DNA of 64,000 nucleotides, from the NCBI RefSeq assembly GCF_009914755.1, contig NC_060928.1, one strand, 5' to 3'. This document shows, piece by piece, positions 12,951 to 28,355 of the stretch. Source of the DNA: the human T2T-CHM13v2.0 reference genome, Homo sapiens. A program made the position numbers and the translations under genes. The notes beneath the pieces are model-generated. The model worked only from the letters and a program-made list of their open reading frames with translations. It was not told the DNA's origin and did no database searches. Position 1 is the first letter of the stretch, and each line of letters opens with the position of its first letter.

Positions 12951-15077
12951 CTTTGCATTTGCTTGGCAAATTTTCCTCCATTCCTTTATTTTGAGCCTGT
13001 GTGTGTCTTTGCATGTAAGATGGGTCTCTTGAATACAGCACACTGATGGGTCTTGACTCCTTACCCAATTTGCCAGTCTATGTCTTGTAATGGGGGCATT
13101 TAGCCCATTTACATTTAAGATTAGTATTGTTATGTGTGAATTTGATCCTGTCATCATGGTGCTATTTGGTTATTTTGCACACTAGTTAATGCAGTTTCTT
13201 TGTAGTGTCATTGGTCTTTATATTTTGGTGTGTTTTTGCAGTGGCTGGTACTGGTTTTTCCTTTCCATATTTAGTGCTTCTTTCAGGAGCTCTTGAAGGG
13301 CAGGCCTGGTGGTAACAAAATCCCTCAGCATTTGCTTGTCTGGAAAGGATTTTATTTCTCCTTTGCTTATGAAGCTTAGTTTGGCTGGATGTGAAATTCT
13401 GTGTTGAAAATTCTTTCTTAAAGATTGTTGAATATCGACCCCCAATCTCTTCTAGCTTGTAGAGTTTCTGCTGAGAGTTCTGCTGTTAGTCTCATGGGCT
13501 TCCTTTTGTAGGTAAACTGGCCTTTCACTCTGGGTGCCCTTAACAGTTTTTCCTTCACTTTGACCTTCGAGAATCTGATGATCGTGTGTCTTGGGGTTGC
13601 TCTTCTCATGGAGTGTCTTAGTGGTGTTCTATGTATTTCCTGAATTTGCATGTTGGCCTGTCTTGCTAGCTTGGGGAAGTTCTCCTGGATAATATCCTGA
13701 ACTGTGTTTTCCAGCTTGTTTCCATTCTCCCCTTCTCCTTCTGGTACTCAAATCAATTGTAGGTTCAGTCTTTCCATGAAGTCCCATATTTCTTGGAGGC
13801 TTTGTTCCTTCCGTTTCATTATTTTTTCCCTACTCTTGTCTGCATATCTTATTTCAGCAAGGTAGTCTTCAAACTCTGATATCCTTTCTTCCACTTGGTC
13901 AATTCAGCTGTTGATACTTATGTATGCTTTAGGAAGTACTCATGCTGTTTTTTTCAGCTCCATTAGGTCATTTATGTTCCTCTCTAAACTGGTTATTCTA
14001 ATTACCAATTCCTGTAACCTTTTATCGAGGTTCTTAGCTTCTTTGCATTGGGTTAGAACACGCTCCTTTACCTCACCATAGTTTTTTATTACTCATCTTC
14101 TGAAGCCTACTTCTGTCAATTTGTCCGTCTCATCCTCTATCCAGTTCTGCACCCTTGACGGAGAGACGTGATCATCTGGAGGAGAAGAGGCACTCTGGCC
14201 TTTTGGGTTTTCAGCATTTTTTTGTTCATTCTTTCTTATCATTGTGAGTTTGTCTAGTTTCAGTCTTTGAGGCTGCTGACCCTTGGATGGGGTTTTTGTG
14301 GGGCCTTTTTGTTGTTGTTGATGCTGTTGTTGTTGCTTTCTGCTTGTTTTTCTTTCAGTAGTCAGGTCCCTCTTCTGTAGGGCTGCTGCAGTTTGCTGGG
14401 GGTTTGCTTCAGGCCTTATTCATCGGATTCACTCCCATGCCTGGAGATGTCACTCAAGGAGGCTGGACAGCAGCAAAGATGGGTACTTGCTCCTTCTTCT
14501 GGGACCTCTGATCTCAAGGGGCACCAACCTGATGCCAGTAGGATTGATCCCGTATAGGATGTTTGACAACCCCTGTTGGAGGGTCTCACCCAGTTGGGTG
14601 GCATGGGGAGCAGGAACCGTTTAATGAAGCACTTTGTCCCTTGGTGGAGAGGTTGTATTTTGCTGGGGCAAAACCCACTTGTCTGGGCTGCCTGGATTCC
14701 TCAGAACTACCAGGAGTAGAGGCTAAGTCTGCTGGTCCACAGAGACTGTGGCCACCCCTCCCACTATGGGCTTGGGCCCCGGGAGATCCAAATTCTGTCC
14801 CTCAGCCTCTGGCTGGAGTTATTGGAGATCCTGCAGGGAAGACCTTCCCACTGAGGAAGGATGGGTCAGGGTTAGACCTGAAGAGGCACTCTAGCTGCCG
14901 ACTGCCACAGCTGGCTTGTTGGGCTGTGGGGACAAGTCGTGGGACCAAGCTGTCCAGCCTCCCTGGCCCTAGCAGGGGAAAAGTGCAGCCTCAAGCTATA
15001 GAAATGAGTGTCACCCTTCCCTGGCCCAGGGAGCTTAGCATGTTAGGCTGTTGTGAGTCTCAGTGCTGGCTGCTGCA
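9190..15077 (-). mobile_element. Near full-length, inactive older L1PA (5' UTR part, ORF1, ORF2, 3' UTR)
   Basis: ORF-track fragments match L1 ORF1 (13218-13651), endonuclease (MTGSNSHITILILNVNGLN), RT (SLFADDLI) and the C-terminal domain. Many stops and frameshifts; expanded T run at 12909-12950. Confidence 0.97.
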
Positions 15078-17502
15078 AAAATTAACATATCTACTTCCAA
15101 TATATTTTCTATGCTTGTTAAAAAACATAATGCAGATCTAATTTATGATAATTTTATATCCTAATTTTTTTCACTTAAAATTGTATCAGAGGCACGCATG
15201 CTCCCATGTTACTAACACTATAAGCAAATTAAATCAGAAGTGGTATTACTTTTTGTACACACAACAGTTTCTTTAGTCATTCTCCCATTTTTAGACATTT
15301 ACATAGTTTCTGATTTTATCTGTGTGTGACAGTAAGTAATGCTTTGTCCTTGCTCTGATTCTTTTCTTGTAAAGATTCCTGAAAGTGAAATTTCTGGAAT
15401 ACAAAGAACATGAATGTGGGCTAGGCCAGTGCTCCTGACATGCACTGGCTCTGGCAGTTTCTATTCTACAAGCTACCCTACCCAAGAATGAATATTTTAT
15501 AAAATATTTCCTAATATTTTAAACTATTCAGTAAGTGAAAATGGTTTCTCAATTTTAAACTTACATTCATTTTTCTTTTCAGTGAAATTAACGATATAAA
15601 AAATCCTCATTAGCCATTTATATTTTCTGTTCTGTGAACTGTTTTCATTTTTTTCCCACTTATCAACTGGAATCTCATCATAGTCTCTTTTATAGGATGT
15701 TAAGTCAAACTAAATTTGGCCTCAGAAAGCCTCCAGACTCACAAACTGGAGTTCTTATGAATAAACCACAACCTAACTTTATAGGCAAACAAGCTGAAAA
15801 CCTAACTTAGGAGTATGCTTCTGTAACAATAGCTGGATCTCATAGCTGGGTCTCAGCCAATCCCAGCAGCCATACCTTAACCATTTTCAGAAAAACGGGC
15901 TAACCTTACTAGAGACAACTTAAAATTAAGATGGCCACAGTGGGGAAGTTTTAATTGGGATAAAATTATTTATTTGAAATGTATATTAGGAAAAAAATGA
16001 AAAACCCACAAAAACAATGGGATGTATTATTTAATTGGTATGCAGAGCATCTACAAGACTAAATAAATTTAAAACTGCCTCCTTAAAATATTCTTTGCAA
16101 AAAACAAATAAGCTTAACAGATGAAAGAGGACTATACTCTGCATAAACTAACCCCAACTGTTCCCTCTCTTTATCCAACTCTACCTAAATACTCTGAGTG
16201 TCCACTAACCTCTTTGCTAAATTACCCTTTCACCCTGAAGATGGTGATAAGAGAAGTTAGACTCCGTACAAAGCAAGGCCCTCTGATCAGCCAGGCCTTT
16301 CTGCCATAACCTTTACTCATGGTCTAAGCTTAGAGTCATGGTAAAGGACTTCCTTGATCTAAGGGAAAATCCTCAAAACTTTACTAAGGAATGTGGAATC
16401 CTCATAGGAGCTTATGATCCAGGACTCCCTCATCTTTGCCAGTTTACTCACATGATATTAGGGCTTTACGAAGCGTGAAAATGAATCATAGAGGCAGAAT
16501 GGGACAAATGCGAGGAAGGTATTAAAGACTCCTCCAAAACCTCCTCATGGAGAGGGCCAAAATGAGCTAGAAAAATTGCTGAAAACCATTTAAATTCAAT
16601 TCATAAGATTCTTCCACAAAAAATTGATTGGTTCATCACACAATCTTTCAGGCAAAAAGGATGACCCAGTTTCAGATTACAGAATTCACTTAGAAACACT
16701 ATTTGTGAAACACTCTGGGCTCAAAATACAATGAGTATTTCCTGCAGGGACTGAAACAGCATTAACTGTTGTATTTATAAATGCACTCTGTCCTAAACTT
16801 AGTAGTTTAATTAAAAAACATAAACTAGGATGGGAAATTACAGATATGACTAAATGGTTGGCCTTAGCTGAACATTTTGAGAGGACTCTAGAGAAAGAAA
16901 AAACCCAAAAAGCTAACAAGCCTATGTCACTCCAATTACAACAGTTACCAAGACTAAAGGGACTTTCACATTTTTATTTTAAATCACAATCAGGAGGTCC
17001 TACAACAAGAAATTCTTTACCCCAAGGTGTCTCCACCTTGTACACTGGAAAAGAGATGGTTGGGTTTTATATCAGTCCACCAATAAGCCTCCTTTTAGAC
17101 CACGAGAGAGAGCCCAAGAGATTTTAACTCTTATGATGATAATCAACACGTAAGAGGTTCTAAGGTATTCTCCAGCAAACTGTTCCTAATAATACTCTTA
17201 AATAAACATAAAGAAACAAGTTAAAATAAGTGGAGAGTCTTGTACAATCCTGGTGGATACTAGAGCCACCTTATCTACCATAAATCCCACTTTAATACAT
17301 GAACAAATCCCTCAGAATAAGAAGGTCATTTCTGTGCTGGAGTTTCGAATCAAGCTCAAGAAGTTCCCATATCTGAACCTGTCCAATTGACTTTAGGGTC
17401 ATTTAAAAAAAAACATATATTTTACCATGTGATAATGCTCCAGAAAACTTGCTAGGGCAAGACTTAATTTCAAAGCCAAAAGAGCATATAAAATTCTCCT
17501 CT

Positions 17503-18035
<533 letters not shown>

Positions 18036-20425
18036 TCAGGCTTATAATACCCCTGACCTATTTAAAATACCTGAATGTTTATGGGTCTCTTCCTCAACTG
18101 ATATAGGGAGGATTAAAAGTGTGGAACTTATAAAAGTTCAAGTAGATCATTCTAAACCTTGGCCTAAATTACCCCAATATCCACTAAAATCTGAAGCAAT
18201 TCAAGGGCCCTCACCAACTGTAGAAGATTTAATTAAACAAAGACTTACAATTCTGTGTACCAGTCCTTGTGACACTCAAATTCTACCACTTAAAAAAATC
18301 AATGAATGAGGTCAGAGATTTGTTCAAGATTGACAGGAAATTAATAAAATTGTAATACTAAGGTTTCCTGTAGTCCCAAATCCTAATACTTTTATTATCT
18401 AATGCCCTTGCTGATTCAAAGTGGTTGACAATAATAGACCTCTATTCAGCCTTCTTTAGCATTCCAATTCATAGAGTCGACACTTGTTTGCTTTCATTGG
18501 AAAAATCAGCAGTACACCCAGACTGTAATGGGTTTATTGAAGCCTCTTCATATTTTTCCCAGGCATTGCATCAGGACTTTATAACCCTATAGTTTCCTGA
18601 AATACTCCTCTTATTCAGTATGTAGATGACCTGTTGTTATAATCTCCCACTAAAGATCTCTGAAATTGACTCAATTTACTTTTTACAGCAACTAACATAA
18701 AGGTCACAAAGTTTCAGTGAAAAAACCAGTGTTCAGAAGAAAACGTTCACTATTTGGGACATGACTTGATGCTAAAAGGATTTCTTTCTTGCTGAGAGAA
18801 TAAAAACTACTCAAAGTTTTTCTTAGCCTGCAACCAAAAGACAATTAAGAGATTTTCTTGGTCTTGCAGGATATTGCTGGGTCACAAATTGTTCCTTAAT
18901 GGCATCATCATTGTGTGAGCTCATTAGAAAGGCAATACCAGAGCCTTTGGGAAAATAGTCATGGGTAGGCTTTTAGCCAAATGAAATTGGCCTTAAAACA
19001 GCCCCTAGCTTTAGGACTTCCTAATTATACTAAATATTTTACCTTGTTTGTCCATGAACATAACAATCAGGCATTAGGAGTTCTTACCTAAGAACATGAA
19101 GGCAAAATAGGCCCACTGCCTATTATAGCCTGCAACTAAACTCAGTAGCTAAAGCATAGCCTAATTGCTTAAAAGCAGTAGCAGCAGCAGCTATGTTGGT
19201 AGAAGCTTAATCTGAGCTGATTTCAGGGAATGAAGATAATTTGCAAGTCCCACATGCTGTGGAAAATCTATTAAATTCCAACCAAACTCAGCATTTTTCA
19301 GCAATTAAACTAACATGAAATTCTCCTATCTCCTTCCAATCTCCATCTAAAATGCTATAGTCTACTTAATCCTGCTATTCTATTCTCTCTGCCTGATGAT
19401 GGTGAAGGTCACAAATACATTACGTGTAGCATCAGAAATAGTGGCCCATCGCATTGATTAAAACACTCTGTTGGATAATCCTGCACTAATACTTTTTGTT
19501 CAGGGGTCCCATGCCGAAAACTCAGAAGGAAAATATCAGGCAGGCTATGTCCTTACGAAGCAAAATGAGCTAACAGAGAAGGAAACTCTTCCTCAATTTA
19601 AGTCAGCTCAACCTGTGGAGCTTTTTGCTCTCTCCAGAGTTTGTTGTATAGCTAAAGACAAGTCAGTAAATACTTATGCAGATAGTAGATATGCTTTTGA
19701 AGTAGTACATGATTTGGGCACATTATGGAAACACTAAAAGCTTCTCACTTCTTGTGGAAACCCCATCAAAAACAGACTCCAACTAGATAAACTCCTTTCT
19801 GCTATCCTGTTACTATTAAAGATTGCCATTAAGATAAAAGCCCATACTTGTAAAACTGCACCTAAATATCAAGGAATGTCCTAGCAGATTTTTATGCTAA
19901 ATCAGGTAGTGGTGAAACTGTTAGAATATGTAATTTGAAAAACTCCGTAAGATTGATCCAAGTCTACTCTCTTATGATGACCTATTTAATAAACACTACA
20001 ATTAATCTGATTTGGAAAAACAAAATTGGTATCTAACTGGATATAAATTTTATGTTAAGGGTAGACTCACAGAGGGCCTTCCTAAGTCTTTGAAGCTTCC
20101 ATTGTTAAAAGTTCTGTACTCTATAACTCATTATGGAATAGACACAATTGGCATGACTTCCCAAATTGCTAAAATAGTTTACAACCTATGTTTGGGTTGT
20201 CAAACTCATAATCCAGGGAAAACAATTGAGACTTCAGGTGGCATATTTCCACCACTGATGGATCATTTCAACATTTCCAGATGGACTTCATTCAGTTGCC
20301 ACCCTCACTGGTATCAGTACTTTCTTGTAATAGTCTGTATGTTTTCTAATTGGGTAGAGGCTTTCCCAAGTAGAAAAGCTGCTGCTGTCACAATAGCAAA
20401 GAAATTATTAGAAAATGTATTTCCT

Positions 20426-20735
20426 GGCCAGGTGCAGTGGCTTATGCCTGTAATCCTAGCACTTTGGGAGGCTGAGGCAGGTGGATCATGAGGTCAGGAG
20501 TTGGAGACCAGCCTGATCAACATGGTGAAACCCCGTCTCTACTAAAAATGCAAAAATTAGCCAGGTGTGGTGGCACACGCCTGTAATCCCAGCTACTCAG
20601 GAGGCTGAGGTGGGAGAATCACTTGAACCCAGGAGGTGGAGGTTTGCAGTGAGCCAAGATCACATCACTGCACTCCAACCTGGGCAACAGAGCAAGACTC
20701 TGTCTCAAAAAAAAAAAAAAAGAAAAAAAAAAGAA
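20426..20735 (+). mobile_element. AluS within ERV integrase
   Basis: TSD AGAAAATGTATTTCCT on both sides. Confidence 0.95.
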
Positions 20736-21469
20736 AGAAAATGTATTTCCTTTATGTGATATCCCTGAGGAAATCTCCAGTGATAGGGAAACTCATTCTA
20801 CTGGGTTAAGTTATGGAGTAGTTAAATAAGGTACTACAGGCACAATGGTCTCAGCCAATCCCAGCAGCCATACCTCAACAAGTCACAGGCAGTCAACTGT
20901 TCAAAACAAGTTAAAATAAGGAAAATGCTGAGCTGTAACCAATCCTGCTGTTTCTGTACCTCACTTCTGTTTTCTGTGTGTCTGGCATGCTCTGCACCCC
21001 CACCTTACAGTCCTTGCCCTATGCATCTCTTTCTGTATCCTTTATAAGCACTAACTTAACCACTTTCCTTTTCCTGTTCACAAATCTTATCGACCATGCA
21101 GCAGCCCTGAAGTCTCAATCTGTTTAGATTCTGGAGGCTATTTCAGTATGAATCATTTTTGTTTCTTTTTTCTTGCTCGATTAAGCTCAAATTTAATATG
21201 TTTAAAGTTTTTCTTTTAACATAGGGTCACTGCATGGATTAAATAATACAGTCCATAAAAAGCACTTAGTATAGTACCTGGAAAATGGTAATAAAAACTA
21301 ACATTTTTGGATGCTTATTACATGGTTTGATTATATATCTATTTGGAATTTATTTTGAAATACAGTAAAATATGAGGATCTAAACTGATTTTTTTACTTT
21401 TCATCTAACTACCACAACCCAGATGTGCTAACAATCTTCAGAACCCAATCTTTCTGATACTATTGGATC

Positions 21470-21910
21470 CTGTTCTCCCTGTTAGCTGTGGCTGAGCCCA
21501 TTGTTGTCCAGTTACAGACTAAATTTCTTGACCTTTCATGTAGATAGATATGGTCACGTAATCATGTACTCATTAGCAGAATGTGAATGCGTAAGTATTT
21601 GCAACTTTTGTGTCACATGCTTAACAGAAAACCCCCTTACTACACATTTCTTCTCTTTCCCTTTTATCACAAGCTGCAATGCAGGTGGGCTAGAAACCTA
21701 GCTTCAATCACTGAGAAGAAGGACAATGTCCCAGGGGATGACAGAGTAATTAAACGGAAGGAATCTAGATCCTTGAACAACCTTATGAAGTACAGCTGCC
21801 TTGCAATCCTAGACCAACTAGACTCTTACATGAGAAAAAGATAAAACTCTCATATATGCTATTGTGTGTATATGTATAGTGGTTAGTATATTTGGCTAAT
21901 ATACTAACAA
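21470..21910 (+). mobile_element. Old MLT1-type LTR remnant
   Basis: Weak similarity to MLT1 LTR features (GAAGGAATCTAGATCCTTGA, ACATGAGAAAAAGATAAA). Confidence 0.5.
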
Positions 21911-22237
21911 AATGATAGAGCCCAATTTGTTGAGCAAATTTCCCATTTTCCAGTTATTTCATATTATTGAAACTACATATGAAATTCATATACAAACACA
22001 ATGCCTACACATGCACATACCAGGGTCTTTTTCAAGCTAATATATTTTATCTGTTTTTCTTTCTTCTAGTCTCACTATCATCATATTTGAATAAGTATAT
22101 CATTAAATATCACTTAAATATCTGATAAAAATAGCCCTCTCTTATCCATATTTTTCAAAATTTTATGCTTTTCTTTCCAATAAATTCTTCATGATAAATT
22201 TCAGAAACATTCAGTAAAGGTAGAACAAGTTAGAGCA

Positions 22238-23083
22238 TGTGATATTGTGATATAATAAGAAATATGTATTAAGTCTTCACTCCCGATTTCTGGCACAGAG
22301 CTCCTAAAACCCTTAGAATTTTCTGAGTGACAAGGTGATAGGAGAATCTTTTGTTAAAATATTTGGTATTAGTCTATGGTTCCTACCACAAGATCTTTGA
22401 AGACCCCTGGAATCTCTGGAGTGATGAGTATATTTTTTATGCTAAAGAGATGACTAGTGGCTGGGGGCCCCTATAGCTTCAGGATGGGGGCTGGTACAGG
22501 ATGGCTTCAGGATAGCTTGAAGGCATGATTAGAGGATTGAACCTTTCAGCCCCACCCCTGACACCCGGGGAGGGAAAAGAGGCTGGAGATTCAGTCAATC
22601 ACCAATGGTCAGTGATTTAATCAACCAAGCCTGCATACTGAAACCTCCATAAAACCCCTGAAATAATGGAGCTGGGAGACCTTCCAGGTTGGTGAACACA
22701 TGGTGGTGCTGGGAGAGTGGTGTGTCTGGCATGCTCTGCACCCCCACCCTACAGTCCTTGCCCTATGCATCTCTTTCTGTATCCTTTATAACCACTAACT
22801 TAAGTAAACTCTTCCTGAGTTACGTGATCCATTGTAGAAAATTAACAAACACAAGCAGAGACTTGCAAGAATCCCCATTTGTGGCTGAGAAGTACAGGAA
22901 GCTTTGTAGGAGTCTTGTGGGACATCTGAAGCGGGAGCAGTCTCACGGGACTGAGCCCTTAGCTTGTGAGATTATGATACTCACTCCAGATAGTGCCAGA
23001 ATTGAACTGAATTCTAGAACACCCAGCTGGTATTGGAGAATTGGTTGGTGTGGAGAAAAAACTCCACACATTTGGTGTCAGCA
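22238..23083 (+). mobile_element. MER21-family LTR
   Basis: TGTGATATTGTGATATAATAAGAAATAT ... GGCACAGAGCTCCTAAAACCC ... CACATTTGGTGTCAG. Confidence 0.85.
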
Positions 23084-23336
23084 GATCCTACCACAAAAGT
23101 TACACATCTTGTCATTGTTTCTCATAAGTATACATACATTTTATTTCTAATATATTTCTGTTATTTATAATAGGTATATACAAATTATTTTAACTATTAT
23201 ATTATTTCCTAAGGCTGATATTAGGATTTAAAAAATCAAGTCTTAATTTTCATAACTTCTTATACCATTATAAAGTAAAATTAGTCCTGTGCCTACCAAA
23301 TTTTTATCTGTAATTATTATTCTCTGTGATGACTAG

Positions 23337-23661
<325 letters not shown>

Positions 23662-25787
23662 CCTAGTATTCTTTCAACAAAGGTTAAGTGAGCTATCCAC
23701 TGCCTGAGTGTGCTAGGAGTGCAAGCAAGTACTCCCACCAGGGATTGGCGGAGGTGATGAATAAAGTACCAGCAGCACAGTAAAAACAATAATGAAGAAC
23801 TTCTGCAGGAATAGCACCACCTGAATGGAATTTCCTAAGGCTACATTGTCTATACTTCCAGGCTCTCCTGCAATTCCTTGTAAAGAAATTGAGTGGAGTA
23901 GGTGAGGCTGGGCAGAGGCACCGCAGGGGAAGGGAATCTCCTCGATCTTGTTCTCTTAGCTGAACACCCCCATAGGCACCCTTCCTGGATGAGGGGTAGG
24001 TCGAAGATTCTTGCCAAAGGACTGTCATCTCCTTTTCTCAAAGGACATGGATGTCTGTGAACTAACAATCGATCAGGACACCCTCTGCATGTGGCCACTG
24101 CTTTGCTGGGGTGTGTGGGAGTGGACCATGAGGTAGGAATCCGCTTTCCCCAACAGCAGCAGCTGCTCCATGTCACTCCAGTATTCTACAGGCATCTAGT
24201 TGACCTCACAGCCTGGAATCTGGCATCTCAAGAAACTAGCATTGGGATGGCCCCTGAGGATGACCACTCTCTGCTCTACCCCACAATGCTCATAGAAGGG
24301 GCAATGAAGTGGTGAGACCACACAGTGTCCCTTGGGAGATTCAGAGGGTTAGAGACTAGAGAACAAAGAAGTTCGAGAACATACTACCTGGTCCCATCTG
24401 GAATGTGGCAGGTGACATTGGAACTGAGTTTACAGGCTGGATGGAATCTAGGGAAACAGGTGCTGGGACTAAGGTTGAGAGCACCATCTGCTTGGCCAAT
24501 TGTCAAAGCAAGTTCAGCTGCTGGGTTTCAGAAATGTCAACATGTCAAAGGGAATGTGCACTGGGAATCTGGGGGAGACACAGTCCAGTGCTTTTCTAAC
24601 TAAACAGTATTGTGATAAAATTTTTATCATATCTTTGTGAACTCACATGACTAATGTTTCAATAAGCAATTTAAAAAGAGATTTTTGTCCCCATGACAAC
24701 ATTGTTTTAGGTCCTGTTAAATAAAACCCATCAAAACCTTAAAAAAGAAAAAACACCCTGAATAGGCCATTGAACAAAAAGCACTAACTAAAAGACACTG
24801 TGCACTTCAAATAATGTTTGTTTTTCCATGGAATATATCTGAAATCAGAGTCTGAAATATTTTTTCCTGACCCCAAAATGTACACAAATGATGTTAGAGC
24901 TCAATTAAGCCCAGAAAGGTCTCTTAGGTGTCATATACTTAATATTGAGTCCTGAGTGTTGATTTACAAAGAACTTTAAGATATAGAAGCCACAGCCAAG
25001 ACATTTGCTGATATGAGTTACTACTTTTTCTCCAGAAAGGATACAGGAATTTTAAAAAGTGCTTTTCTGACTAGCCCACTATGGTGAGCTAATTTCATAA
25101 CTACTCCTGGAAATTCTGAAATACTGCAGCAAGACAAAGGATGTCCAGTTTTCAAGATCTTCCCTGAATACCCCGGAAGAGGGAGTCAAGGTGACTTTGT
25201 AATTGAGGGTCAGGTCCCAAGGACACTGTCACTGAAACCAGCCTCTGACCTGGGACAACTGGGGAATGCCTCTTAATGGAGGAAGCTAAAAGAGCCAGGC
25301 TAGTCTCTAGCCTCCAAAATAGTGAAAAATGCTTCAAAGCCAGGCTTTATGGTATTAGCTAACAGAGCTATCAGTCTTCAAAGGACAAAATCTCTTCAGC
25401 TGGAGTAGAAATAATGGTTTTCAGAAGAGCAGTGGCCTACAGAGACAGTACTGTCAGCCGTGTAGTAGGGATCAGAAAGCATCATGGGAGGTGCAGAGGT
25501 GGGTATGGTAGCAACAGCACGAACCACCCTAAGCCACATTGGAAACAGGGAGTTGGAGGTTTTTTCCTCCAAACTCAGCCACTCTGAGCCCCAACTATGG
25601 CCCCATCCCAGCTCTTTCTCACTAAGTATACCAGCTTGGACCAGAGTCAGCAGTATCCCACCTGACAGGATGGAAGTCAGTCAGCAAATATTTAATAGTG
25701 ATGTACTCTCTTTGGACCAGTCAGGAAGTTGATATTTTGGTTTTCCAATCTTGAAAGTAGATACATCTGAAAGATTACTTTCTAGGC

Positions 25788-25975
25788 CAGGGTCAGCACA
25801 CTACAGCCTGTGAGCCAAATCCAGCCACACCCACATGTTTATGTAAGTGTATGTCTGCTTTGGCACCTACAATGGCAGAGTTGAGCAGCTGCAACAGAGA
25901 TGGAGCCCATGGCCCGCAAAGCCTAAAATATTTACTGTCTGACTGCTTATAGAGAAAGTTTGCCAACTCTTGATC
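25788..25975 (+). mobile_element. MER58A-like hAT-Charlie MITE
   Basis: CAGGGTCAGCACACTACAGCCTGTGAGCCAAATCCAGCC ... AAAGTTTGCCAACTCTTG terminal inverted repeats. Confidence 0.8.
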
Positions 25976-26615
25976 TAGGCTATTCAAGAACATTAGTGGG
26001 CATAAGAGTCCTCATATTCACATAGAGGTACTAGTCTATACACTTAGGTTGTTTGGAAAATAGCAGGAAATAGGTCTTGGGTTTGTTAATCTACTGTGTT
26101 ACAAAAGCCCTATTACCTGAAGTTGGGCCTATTCTTTCTTTCTCCACATTTTTTGAAAGATTTCCCTGAAAAAGGTCAGTTCACAATCTGATGACCAATC
26201 TCTGTTATGAATTCTACAGGTATTCCCATCCTATGTTGCGGGGCAGTGGGGGAACCTCACACTCTTAGGAAAAAATCAATTATTCTGTAGTTATGAAAAC
26301 AGAGCATAACTAATTATAAATGTGTTCAATCAACTGGCAATTTGCCTCAATAAACTCACTTTTGCAAGCCCACCAATCAGTGACAACCCCTCACTCTGGC
26401 CAACCAAGAATGCGTTCACTTCATGCCTCACTTGGAGCACCAAAAAAAACATAAAAAAGGGTGGTCTGATAAACATGTCCCTGAGTGCCAGCCAATCAAC
26501 AGCCATCTCACTTGAGTGACTACTCTCCTTCAGATGATCTCAATCCATTCAGGCATTTGCTCAAACACCTGAAAATCCACCAATCCTAATTTCCACACTT
26601 GCCAAAAACCCTATA

Positions 26616-26936
26616 CAGTAGTACCCCCAATCCACAGTTTCACTTATCTGCAATCAACTGTGGTCTGAAATAGGTAAGTACAATATAATAAGATATTTAC
26701 AGAAAGAGAGAGAGAAAGAGACCATATTTGTGTAACTTTTATTATAACACATTGTTATAATTGTTCTATTATTAGTTATTGTTAATCTCTTACTGTGCCT
26801 AATTTATAAATTAAAGTTTATCACAAGTTAGTAAGTATAGGGAAAACAGTATATATGGGGTTCAGTACTATCTGCGGTTTCAGGCATCCACTGGGAGTCT
26901 TGAAACATATCCCTCACAGACAAGAAGGGACTGCTG
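26616..26936 (+). mobile_element. MER44/Tigger-type DNA transposon inserted in an older LTR-like sequence (~26285-27070)
   Basis: TA|CAGTAGTACCCCC ... GGGACTGCTG|TA; TIRs with a TA target duplication. Confidence 0.8.
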
Positions 26937-27970
26937 TATGGGATCAATACTCTACTATACTCAGAAAAGCCTGCCTGACCAGCATGGCTTTCCCTTACTA
27001 CAATAGTCCATAAATTCGCTTTCTCTTTTTATTTCAGGTACTGAATATTGGTCTCATCATTCTTTGACACAATCCATAGTTTAGACATCCCAATTCCATG
27101 GGCCATTATTTAAGCTCCACTGTTTGGCCTGCATTTCTATTACTTCTTCACTAGCTTGCCTTACTAGTACTCCTTCTTCCAGCCCTATCTACCCCACAAT
27201 CATAATGTTTGATATGACATTTGTTGAGGTCATTCTGCTCAATACTGTTCCCTATCTTCCTCTGGTAGCCAAAGCAGATCCACTATACCAGTCTCCATAT
27301 AAGCATCAGAATTCAGCCCCCTAAAAAAATGGGCAAGGGAGTTGACTTAGGAATTGGAAGCACTATATCTGTGATGATCACCCAAACCTCAGGTCTGGTA
27401 AACAAGGGAACAGCTGCATTTTCTTTTGAAAACAGTTTTCATTATTTTCCCCATAGGTTTGCTAAAGCTATAATTCAATTTTTTCATTTTATAAGTACAT
27501 TATGTACTCATTACCATTCTAGGAATTATGGCTAAATGGAGTACAGGAAATGTACAGGAAATGGTGTATTACTTGAGCTGCAAAGTATATGGCTAAAAAT
27601 TTAGGACACAAGTTGCAAGCCCTGGGGAGGCATTCTGTTTGGCCATTTTGTCTCACCTGCATCGTGATTTAAAAGTTCATATACCTAAGTGGAAATTACT
27701 ATTGGTAGCAATCAACACTTAATACCTATTGTTCTTCACTCTGCCGGCTTCACAGTTTATGATTACCTCATGCCCCCTGCAGGCACTTAGGTTTTAATCC
27801 TTCAATTAGCAAATACAATATACTAAGTTGTATAATCAATTTTAGAATTTGTGCTCTTAGTACTTGTGAATTCTAATTCAGAAAAAATGTAATAGATGGA
27901 AGTGAAAGTAGCTAGAGCTACAAGAAAGTAGGTGTTGCACTGACTTATAAGGAAGTTATAGATTAGGATG

Positions 27971-28355
27971 TGCTATGGTTTGAAAGTGTCCCCCCAAAAG
28001 CATGTGTTGAAATATAATCCCCAAAGCAACAGTATTAAGACGTGGATCCTAATGAGAAGTGATTAGGCAATGAGCACTCTGCCCTCATAAATGGATTAAT
28101 GCTATTGTCATGAGATGAGTTTGTTATCATGGGAGTTGGTTTCTTATAAAGGGGATGAGTTTGGTCCCCTTCTCTCTCTCTTTCTCACGGTCCTTGCCTT
28201 CTACATTCCACCATGGGATGATGCAGCAAGAAGGTCCTTGCAAGATGCCAGACCCTTGATCTTGGACTTCCCAGCCTCCAGAACAGTGAGGAAATACATT
28301 TCTCTTCTTTATAAATTACCCAGTCGGTTACAGCAGCATAAAGTGGACTAAGACA
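27971..28355 (+). mobile_element. Solo MaLR LTR (MST/MLT1A type)
   Basis: TGCTATGGTTTG ... GACTAAGACA; perfect 5-bp TSD GGATG. Confidence 0.9.

Noticed and set aside
12883-13157. Poly-lysine ORFs
   Set aside because: Caused by an expanded T homopolymer (12909-12950) within dead L1 ORF2.
14563-15141. 192-aa ORF antisense to the L1 5' UTR (possible ORF0-like)
   Set aside because: Non-ATG start in GC-rich old L1 UTR sequence, with no resemblance to ORF0 that I can support.
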